Shown in pieces: positions 53,422-64,000 of a DNA stretch of 64,000 nt. Both the position numbers and the translations under genes were made by a program. Source of the stretch: the human T2T-CHM13v2.0 reference genome, Homo sapiens; assembly GCF_009914755.1 (NCBI RefSeq), contig NC_060925.1; one strand, 5' to 3'. The notes beneath the pieces are model-generated. The model had not been told where the DNA came from and did not search any database. It worked only from the letters and a program-made list of their open reading frames with translations. How positions within the stretch are numbered: the stretch's first letter is position 1; every line of letters begins with the position of its first letter.

Positions 53422-54439
53422 GATCCTTTTGTAGAGACGAGCATAGGTTATGGCAAATATACCTACTTTAAAAACAGTGCTCTGGGAAGAGAGTAAGTGC
53501 TTTTCCACATAAAGATCTAAAATAGACAATAAATGAGAAATAGGGTTTTTTATTATATATTCATTTTTCCATATTTCTGGAAAATGAAACAGACATGGAG
53601 TATTTCAAAGCTGGGAGAGATCATTATATTGGAGTTACCTTAGAAAGAGGGGGCTGTTTCTGCCACCACAACAAAGAATGAAACAACACAAATATTTACG
53701 TTTTCTTCTTGTCCTCATAATGCTTTTACTGCACTCGTCTTTCAACCTTTAACATCTACTGCATCTGTGACTGTTGTTTCAGTAAAACACGGAAGCTTGA
53801 ATGTAAGCTCATTTCATTGCCTGCTGCACAACCACACAAAACAGCATTTTCTTATTCTTGAAATATGATAGCAACGTCTCCTTCCATGCTTGTACCTGTT
53901 TTAATTCCTTTCAAGCAGAGGCTGTATCGTGAAAGATGCTTAAGTTACTTGGAACGACAGGATTTGGAACGGATGTCACATCATATTCTCATTTGTTATT
54001 AAAATTAGTCACGCTTAATTGTTAAGGACTATCCTGTGTCGCTCGCCATCTTTGTGTCCTCCACCTGGCACTTTGCTTTCACACAGTAGGCACATAGCGT
54101 TGAGGTCCCGGAAGGTTGTCAAGTAACCGGCCAGGAGCTTGAGGGCAGGACATTGTCTCCGACACTTGATTCAGTGCCTGGCACACAGGAGGTATTCATT
54201 TATGCTGAATGAATGAGCAACCGGCTCGGTGGGGGACAGTAAACCCAACCCTATTCCGCGAACGTTTGCTGAGCGGCATCCAGGCCTCAGGGACCAAGTG
54301 TGTCGCGCGGTGCCATACCGTGACCGGGACCTGTTATTTCTAATGTCCAGATATTGTAATTCTATGCTGTAACTCCTATATTTCCTCTTAAAACAAAAAG
54401 AGAAATGTGGGTCGTGTTCGCTCTGGGTTCTCGTTAAGT

Positions 54440-55360
54440 GCAAGCATACAGAGGCGCCGAGACCCCGCGGCTCGCCCTCGCCGCTTCCTCCACAGGAGCC
54501 GGGCGGAGCTCCCGGCGCGCCCCGGGGCTGCGCCGCCGCAATCCTCAAGGGGTCGCTGTTCCCGCGATAACCTCGAGAAAGGCTCCGCCCCGCGGCCCGC
54601 GCTTGTTTTTCCCTTGGGACCCGGGTCCACACGGCGGGGTCGCCCGTCCATCTCCGGCTCGCCCGCGGGGCCCATCGTCGACGTTAGCGGCCGTTCTCCG
54701 AGCCGACTGACCCATCCTTGGCGCTGCCGCCGCGCGCTTGTTCTCCTCCCTCGCCCCGCCTTCATCCTCCCCGTTCACGGAAACGACAGCTGCGGCTGCG
54801 GGGCTGGCGCCGCCTCCCTCCACCTACCACGTCTGCCCGCGCCGCTCTAGCCCTGCGCCCCAGCCCGGCCGCGGCACCTCCGCCTCGCCGCCGCTAGGTC
54901 GGCCGGCTCCGCCCGGCTGCCGCCTAGGATGAATATCATGGACTTCAACGTGAAGAAGCTGGCGGCCGACGCAGGCACCTTCCTCAGTCGCGCCGTGCAG
55001 GTACCCTGGTGCTGGGGGGAAAAGGGGTGGCGGCGCCCGGGAAGGTTGAGGGAGGGGACCGCAGCTCGACGCGGCGCCCCCGGGCCTCGCCGACCACCCA
55101 GCGGGCCTGCTGCAGCCAGAGGCCTGGGAGATGGGCGCGGCCTGGTCCCCTCCCCGGGCCCGGCGGCGGATTTCTGCCCCGCTCCTGCCCAACCGCCGCT
55201 CCCTGGGAAGCGAGGCGGGGTGGGGACGGGGCCGGGAGCTTCCTCCCACCCCTGGGGAACACTAAGGCTGCACTGTCCGCCTTTCTGATACCACGACGTC
55301 AGTGCTCCTGTGGCCTCCACCCCGGGGCTGGCGGAGGCTTGCGAGTCCTTTGCGGTAACC
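54440..55360. promoter_or_regulatory. SH3GLB1: CpG island / TATA-less promoter of SH3GLB1
   Basis: Very high GC and CpG density, GC boxes (CCGCCC near 54585, CCCCGCC near 54754), surrounding the first coding exon. Confidence 0.92.
54929..55000 (+). CDS. SH3GLB1: Endophilin B1 (Bif-1) first coding exon: N-terminal amphipathic helix H0 of the N-BAR domain. Intron 1 continues past the window end.
   Basis: MNIMDFNVKKLAADAGTFLSRAVQ is the endophilin B1 N-terminus; phase-0 donor CAG|GTACCC at 55001. Confidence 0.96.
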
Positions 55361-57674
55361 GAGACACAGGCCATTCTTGCACTACCCCCCACCCTTTCCT
55401 TTCGTCTCTCACCCTCCCCTCGGAGTCCAAGAAGGGAGTTTCCTTTTCCTGTCCTTCAACCCAGAGAGCTGCCAACACAGTTCCCTCCGGCCCTCTTTCT
55501 CCCTGAAAGGACTGTCCTGGGCTTGGCAGCCCGCGGGGGAAATGGAGATCGCCAGTTGGCGTTGAGACTTTGCCAAGACCACAAGAAACCTAGGGTTGGG
55601 GGGTTTTCACTCTTTTTCAAAATGGGAAGCACCAGCTGTAGATCAAGGAGAGATGCGGGGATATTGTTATGGCTGTAGTCACAGTAGTATGTTTTAAATA
55701 TACTTTAAGGGGAAAAGTTGACTACCTCTCGATATTCTACAATCAAGGAAGTGTCAGTACTAAGGAACTTGGGCCGTTTCCCACAGTCATCACCCATGTT
55801 ATGCCAACTCAGTAAATCTGTGAACAGATGTAAATTTCACAACATGAATTATAAACAATCTGGTGTTTACGGTCACGGTAGCAACAACATTCTCTTTTGT
55901 AAAAAGAAAACAAAAATAATTTTCTAATATGCATACCAAATTGGTGCTGAAATGTAAATCTGTTCTGTGGCTTTACTACTTTCCTTGCCTTTGCCCCAAT
56001 TTTGTTGGCACAGTTGATCCTACATTGCACTATCCCTGGCAAAAGAGTAGTAGAGCTAGAGCAAGGTAATAGCTGCCTATATTATGAAAAACCTGTCAAG
56101 CACTTTGTAATGCATTTGACATATTATCTCCAGTCTTTTCCATAACTTTGCCAGATAGATGTTATTAACCCCTTTTATATATGTGAGGAAGCAGCCTTAC
56201 TGAGGTTAAGAAACTTGCACAACTAGTAAATAACCAGGTGCTGTCTGACCTAGTACTCCCAGCTGCTTTTTCTTCCGGGATAAGCATTCCAGATTTAAGA
56301 TAGCTAGAATAATAGAATGCTGTGGCCTAGAGAGACCTTAAAAATCATCTGGTTCAATCTGAGCATTTCCATATCAACAAGCAAGTAACACTTTAGAGAT
56401 GGTAAATTCCTTCTAGCTTTTGATTTCTAAGTTCTAAAATCTGCATGGTGAGTAATAAGCTAGCTGCCTTAACCCTTTTCTTCCCTTCCTTCCCTAAAAT
56501 ATGATATATTGTAGACGTTGAGCCTTTATAGTTAAAATAATGTTTTGATTTAAATTCACTAGCTTCTAATAGTTCAAAGACAAGGTGCAAGAAGAATGAG
56601 TGATTGAGGGTGTGAAATGAATTTTGATGTGTGAGACACTTGTACACTTTTAACATTGACTGCAATAGAGGACTAGAGCCCTTGGTATTTTTGTTTGTCC
56701 TAGTGCTCATTACCTATAATTCTAGATGCTTATGAGGATTTGACACTATATAATGCTACTCTTTTAAATACAGTTAAATATGTTTCAGACGTATAACTCA
56801 CACCCCTTAAAGAGGACACATTTACTAGAATTTAGTCTGATTTAAATTGTGGATAGACTCAATTTAAAAAATTAAATCTAGCAAAGCTCTCAAAATGTGT
56901 ACTTCCCAAAGAATTTTAATTCCTTGTTTCAAATTCTTTAGGAAAAAGTTTTAAATTTTATGCTAATCTGTTAGCCATCAAATAATTTTCTTTTCAGTTT
57001 TAAATATTTAAGTGTCTACTGCATGTCTGATGTCTGCTTGTGGCTACTGTGGACACTGGTGATACAGCAGTGAATAAAATCAGCAAAGTGTCTGCCCTCC
57101 TGAAGCTTACATTGTAGCGGAAGATAAGCTTGTAAATACATCAGGTGGTGATAAAAATCATGGCCAGAAGAATAGAATAACGCAGAGATGGTGGTTGTTA
57201 ATATCTTTATTAGTATTTTCTAACATTAGTATCGTGTATAGATAGGATGGTCAGGGCAAGTCTTTCTAATAGGATGAAATTCAAGAGACCTCAAGGAAGT
57301 GACAGACCTAGTTTTTTTTGGAATAAAAGTATTTCAGGCAGCAGGAAGAAGTACAAAGACTGAAGTTTCAGGGGCATTAAGGAGACCAATGAAGGAGCTG
57401 TGGCCATAATACACGTAAAAGGCGATTGTAACTTAGATTACAGTGGTAGCAGTGAAGGTTCCAAATTATCCAGTATTGGCTGTTGGATTGGCTGTGAGGT
57501 ATGAGAGAAAGATGAGTTAAGGATGACTCCAAGGTTTTGGCTTGAGCCGTTTATTAAGGGAAAAATTTTAGGAGAAACAGACTTCTTTAATGTGTCTGTA
57601 ATTGTTAGAGATACATACTGAAATGTTTATGGATAAACTTATATCATATCTGAGATTTGGTTTTTACAGGGTAT

Positions 57675-57970
<296 letters not shown>

Positions 57971-60290
57971 GTTGAGATTAGCGTTTGAATATTTCAAAAG
58001 AAAAAAACAGAAGTCGCTGAAACAACAGCAACGGAATGTTGATAGTTGTGGAAGGTTGGTTATGGGTTCATGAGGTTTCATTATACTGTTATACTTTTGT
58101 ATGTTTGACATTTTCCATAATACTTTTTTAAAGATAAAATTTGTAAGAAAAAAAGGATGCTTCTAAAATAGAACATGTGAAATTTGGAATGCTGTGTGGT
58201 AGTTTTCAACAAAACACTGCTTTCTCATCTCAGTATTTATTTCATCACTGAGTTCCTACATTAAATTGCATTGACATCAGTATAATGCCAAAGTACCAAG
58301 TTTCATGCTAAGAATAGCTTAAGAGCTATGCCAATATCTCTTTATAAGCAGTAAGAACAGTAGAGAGAGAAACATTCACGTTTATAAATAATAATTTTCA
58401 TTCAAATCAAATTGTACCGTAAGGAATATGCCATTCTTTGGTTGGCCAACGCCATACATTGTTTTCCATTTTACTTAAAAATTTCTAAGTTAAAAATTAA
58501 ACATGTTTCTTGTTTTAAAAAAAGGTCAGCTCAAACTAGTAAAGCACATAGATGCGTCCCATCACCACTCCACTTCCCTCCTTTTAAAATTTGTTTATAA
58601 GCCTTGGTACTTTAAAAAGAATGTTAGACTAGAATGTATAAATGAGTAGGAATGTTTATTCTTAACTAGCCCATTTGGGTGCTTGTTTTTAAGTACCTCA
58701 AGATGGTAAAATACAAAAGTATCAGGTAATTCACCCTTGCTTAATTGTTATTTTACTAGAGTTTTAAATGCCATTTATTCTTAGAATCCATCTTTTTAGT
58801 CCAAACTTCTTAGTTGAGCATTAAATACTCCCTTACAATCTGGTCCTTTCTCTCACTTATATAAACACTGTATTCCAAATTATTTTTTAATTTCCAAAAT
58901 ATCTTCTACTTATTTTAGGCTTTTGTTCATATGGTTAGACTCCTCTTAAGTGTCCTGTCTGCCTATTCTTTCCTTTCCTTAAGATACAACTTTATTCATC
59001 TCCAAAATGGAGAGAGTAAAAAAAATTTTAAAATAAAAGTAAAATAAACTTTTTTTAAAGATATAGCTTCAAATCCATCTCAGCTGATAAGGCTTCTTAG
59101 ACCACAAGAGCTTGCTGTGAAATCGTGAATCATTTTCAATTCCAAATGATGAGGTGGCACTTTTCTTCTAATGAACTGTTATGTTAGATCTCTTGGAACT
59201 CTAAAGTTCTGTTACTCTGACTTTCTTTAATAAGTTTGTATGTGCTAAGGCATCAACTCTGTTTCTTATTCCCCTCTTACAACATCTAACATGGTTCATC
59301 TTTTATATCATTTTAGCCAGGCAAATTACCATCCATATGTGAAGTTTAATCTTTGAAGGGCAACAATAAGCATGTTAAATAACAGTATCTTTATTAGTAT
59401 TTTCTAACATTGTTTGCGGACCTTGAAGTTAACTAATACCAGTATAAATTGAGTACCTCCTAGGTGCTTGGCGTTGAAAGATACAAAGCTGAATGAGACC
59501 CTGTTCCTGCCCTCAGAGACTTCATAATAATAGTCTCAAACTTGTCATAAATCTTATTTGTACTAAATAGCCATTTTGTGAATAACTTTATTTGATAAAT
59601 CTTTCAAGTGGATAAAGGAACAAGAGATGTGTTTTTAACTCAGAATTCTTATTGAAGCAAAACCTTGCTCACCATCATTAAAATAAGAGCAAAGACTTTC
59701 TAAAAAGAATTTTTCAAATCAAATTACTTAGGGAGGGAGTTCATTTTAATTTTCTAACATTTCCTCTAAACTGATTATTAAAGTCATACTATGAAATTCG
59801 TGAACACCAGCTATTTTCTAAGGAATGTAGTTCTTAAAATATAGTTTTGAGCTTGGCCTTGATCTCCCATTTATTTCAGCAAGTGTCATGGTGTGTCTAA
59901 GGATGTAAAGATGAATATGATGTTGCCGTTCAATAGCTCCTGTCAGACCCTCCCTGGAGTTTCAGTTTGGCCAAACAACTCTCTCAAGCACTTCTGAAAT
60001 CCTATTTCTTTTACAGAATTCACACCGTGACAACTTCACCATGTTTCTTAAATTCTAATAAATAAAATATGTCACATTCGAAATCCATACATTTTCTTGT
60101 TATATAAAAACTCTACATGTTTAGTGTTACTTAAAACTGTTTTCTCATCCTTTGGTGCTATTTGCATTACTTTAGTAAAATAGATAGAAGATAGTTTGTT
60201 AACCTGATGTTAAAATTTACACTTATGTACTACATGAGTAAGGTAATTAGAAAATCTATAAAACTCTTTTAAATTCATCATATTTCTTGA

Positions 60291-60614
<324 letters not shown>

Positions 60615-60915
60615 TAATGACAGAGCTACAAATTAATCCTAAACTCTTAACCACACCCAACTGATGTACTCCTAGTTGCTTTGCTACTATATTTAAAATG
60701 ATCAAACACCTAAGTCAATTACTTTAATATTCTTTGGAGACCAGCTTACTGAAAGAACCTCAACACAGTTAATATATTTGAAGCAAAACTCCAGCACAGT
60801 GAAGTAACAGTAATAACAGCTGAAATTCCTAAATGGGCCAAAGAGGAAAGTAAAGTAATGCAGCATGCACTAAACCAAGCGATACATATTTAAATAGTTA
60901 TGAATGAGTTTAGAA

Positions 60916-61094
60916 CAGTGGTTCTCAGTCTTGGCTGCACTTAAAATGCTTGGGGAATCTTTATAAATGCCAATATATGAGCTACACCCCAGTCCAATTA
61001 AATTAGAATCTTAGGGGTTGGATCAGACCAGACATCAGTGTTTTCTAAAGCTCCCTCAAGTAATTCTAAAGAACAGCCAAAATTGGGAACCAAT
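60916..61094 (+). mobile_element. MER5A-like hAT MITE
   Basis: CAGTGGTTCTCA...GGGAACCAATG terminal inverted repeats. Confidence 0.8.
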
Positions 61095-63145
61095 GGAGAA
61101 AGATGCACCTTACAGTTTACTAATACATTATTCAGAATCTGTGTTACATATTTTCCAAGAAATTTAAATTACTTTTAGAGTATTACCCTTTAGTAATACT
61201 GGTGATTAGAGTTTGCATTAAATAGATGTCTTTGATCACACACCCATTTTATTTGTAGTCTTTTTTTTTTCTAAAAGTAGAGTTTGGAATCCAGGCTCCT
61301 TATTTAATAATGTGGGTTATATGCCTATCCTGTAGTAAAAGAAGGATTACAGTGCCTGGTATAATGTAGCCGACTCAAAGACAATTCTTTCCGCAAAGCA
61401 ATATTTAGAGAAAATATATAAAAGGGGATTAAACTTTTATTCTTATGCCACTTTGCCATATTACAAATGAAATATGAAAAAATTAGGTATCAAATTATAT
61501 TTTAGAAAACATTGAGTTTAATGACTTACTAAGAAGATGCTTATTTACAGTTTGCCTTTTATTTTAGGTTGTTTACACAAAAGTTCTTAATTATTAAACT
61601 ATACTGCCATCTATTCATTAAAAGATATGCTTAAAATCAACTAGTTTCTCATTAATACCTATTATCAAGAGATTACAAAATCAGTAATGATTTTTGACTT
61701 GAAGATGTTGAAAACTAAAATTTTTATGGGTTAATTTAAAATTTTTTGGTAACTAGGAAAGGGATCTTTTTTTAAAAGAAAGAATTAATAGGTCTTTTGC
61801 CCTTCTGAAAAGGTGCCATTATTATAATTTTGTTTGAGTCAAGGCAGTATTCTCCTAGTAGATCATAAAATCCTTGAGGGCAAGAAGTACATCAGATGCT
61901 GATCATCTTGCTGTAGAAGCCATAAATATTTTTGATTAGTAATTTAAATATTAATTTAGTTGAGATGACTCCTAGTGTCTGTAGTAGACGCATTATTTAC
62001 AGTGCTTTAGAGAAAATGTATTAAATATTGTATTTGTTATCTTAATAAAGTGTACTTCTGATTAATTATGGAAAAATCCTTTTGCTTCCACCAATGATAA
62101 AATTTGGGAAATATTATGTCTTTTACAATTATATATTTAAGTAATAAGATTTAAATTTATAATTTCAATTTTAAAATATGATAGCATTAGCAATGTCCTT
62201 ATTGTGTGTCTTCCTCCCTTTTATTCATTCATGATAGGATTTAGTTTACTAATTTTGGTGAATAATTATTGAATATCTTGTAGAAAGCAGAAGTGATCTG
62301 GGGGAGAAAGCTGTCCAGAGTGCTGCGAACAGACATAGGAGAAAGGAAGCACAGAATATGATTGGATAATAGTAATAGAAATAGAAAATACTAATTTTGG
62401 AAATCAGCAAGTATTTACTGGAAGGGTAGTATAGCATGATAAGACTATGACTCAAACAGATGTGAGATTGAATCCCAACAATGACACCTTGGACAAAGTG
62501 TTTAATCACCCTGAGTCTCAATTTATTAATCTCTACAATTATTCTTACTTTATTTTAAGATTCTTTCGAGTATTTGTTGTAGAATGCACAGCTTAGTTAA
62601 TGGAATTTTTGAACATACACTAAGCCTTGACACAGAAGTATGAGAAAGATGTAAATGGATGTGCTGAAATGTGAAACATAGAAACATTGTCATGTGACCC
62701 TACAGTACTGCTATTTTCTAAACAGGTTTTCTGTAATTAGACTGTCTCACTCATGTGTAAGGGTTCCATGTATCTTCTGAACTAAAATAGTTAAAAAAAA
62801 AAAACCTACTAATTGTGTGTGTTTGTAGAATCTTTATCAGTTAACATATTTTCTTTCTTCCTCAGACTCATACAAATAAATCACTTGGTGCAAATACCCA
62901 TCTTTGCTCTGTTATACTTTCATACTCTTTTCAAAAAGAATATATATTTATTGAGATACCTGGGAGGTAGTATCATGAGAGTCACAAAGAAAATGTTAAA
63001 TAATTAAGCAAACAGGCCTTTTTACCTGAAGATTGAAGTGTTTTATTTTCCAAATAATTAACTTTCTAATTGCTGATTTTCCTGAAATACTGTCGGGAGA
63101 AAACTTGCCCTGAACCCCAGTTTGTATCAGATAAATTCAGTGACT

Positions 63146-63409
63146 ATTTTATTTTATATTTATTTATTTTATTATTAACTTATTAATTAGAGATAGGGTC
63201 TTGCTGTGTCACCCAGAATGGAGTGCAGTGGAGTGCAGCTGGGACTACAGGTGTGCACCACCATACCTGGCTAATTTTTTGGATTTTTTTGTAGAGACGT
63301 GGTTTCGCCATGTTGCCTAGGCTGGTCTAGAACTCCTGAGCTCAAGTGATCTGCCTGCCTCAGCCTCCCAAAGTGCTGACATTACAGGCGGGGGCCCCTG
63401 CTCCTGGCC
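63146..63409 (-). mobile_element. AluJ-like, internally deleted
   Basis: Reverse Alu with ctcctgagctcaagtgatc, right arm partly missing. Confidence 0.85.
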
Positions 63410-64000
63410 ATAAGTACTGATTTTGAATTATTGATCTGTTGATTTTTCTATTAATCTATTCTTGGTTATTAACTATAAGTTAAGGATTTCCACAGAGAAA
63501 TTAATATTTAATATGTGTGAGGGTGATGCTAATGAGCTTAAAGAAATTGTGCAACTGGAAGATAAATCATCAGGACTATACACTCTTTCCTTAGATCTTA
63601 ACATAGTTCATATCATTCAGTCACAGGTCGTTTGTTACCTACTCAGAGATGCTGTTTCTCTAACTACCCGCATCTCACACTCCTCAAACTCCTGCTCCCC
63701 TTTCTAGGCCCAAGTTGCCCATCCCTCCCCCACTGAAGCCTTCCCTGATTCTCCTGCTCTCCCTCTTCCTCTCCCTGAAGAATGAATTCTTTCTCTGTAC
63801 TTGGATTTGTATGTCACTCAGAAACAAACCAACCATGTTGGTCCGCTTTACCATCTTCATATCTTTATATCCTTATTATCAGATTATTTATTTATCTATT
63901 GTCTGTCTTTGCCATTAAAATGTAAGCTTCCTAAGAACAGAAACCTTATATGTTTTGTTGGCTGCTGAAACCCATGTGTTTAGAAGAGTGCCTAGCACAT

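Noticed and set aside
54171-55678. Many overlapping long ORFs on both strands
   Set aside because: Stop-codon scarcity in a GC-rich CpG island; only the 24-codon SH3GLB1 exon is recognisable

Overview
Primate, almost certainly human, genomic DNA. The gene order (CLCA family, then SH3GLB1) matches the 1p22.3 interval. The window opens with the last two coding-type exons and 3' end of a CLCA-family gene (CLCA3P, + strand). About 30 kb of nested LINE-1 sequence follows: an old L1M host, a full-length L1PA5/6-like copy, a near-full-length L1MA2/3-like copy interrupted by a truncated L1PA3-like copy, and a full-length L1HS-Ta (Ta-0) on the minus strand with intact ORF1 and ORF0 but a doubly broken ORF2. 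Next come Alu, MER and ERV1 fragments, then the CpG-island promoter, exon 1 and start of intron 1 of SH3GLB1 (endophilin B1/Bif-1). The most unusual structure is an 894-bp inverted duplication (13772-14665 / 15345-16238, 679-bp spacer). By eye its inner ~620 bp are identical while the outer part has diverged, which suggests gene conversion or recurrent inversion. Other points of note: an ERV1 fragment that looks like an L1-retrocopied, polyadenylated transcript; an ORF2 segment spliced into ORF1 of the L1MA; a 24-bp-stem hairpin upstream of SH3GLB1; and the L1HS antisense promoter facing SH3GLB1. Repeat subfamily names come from recalled consensus features, not a database run. Boundaries of old repeats are approximate. 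I see no evidence of a novel protein-coding system.
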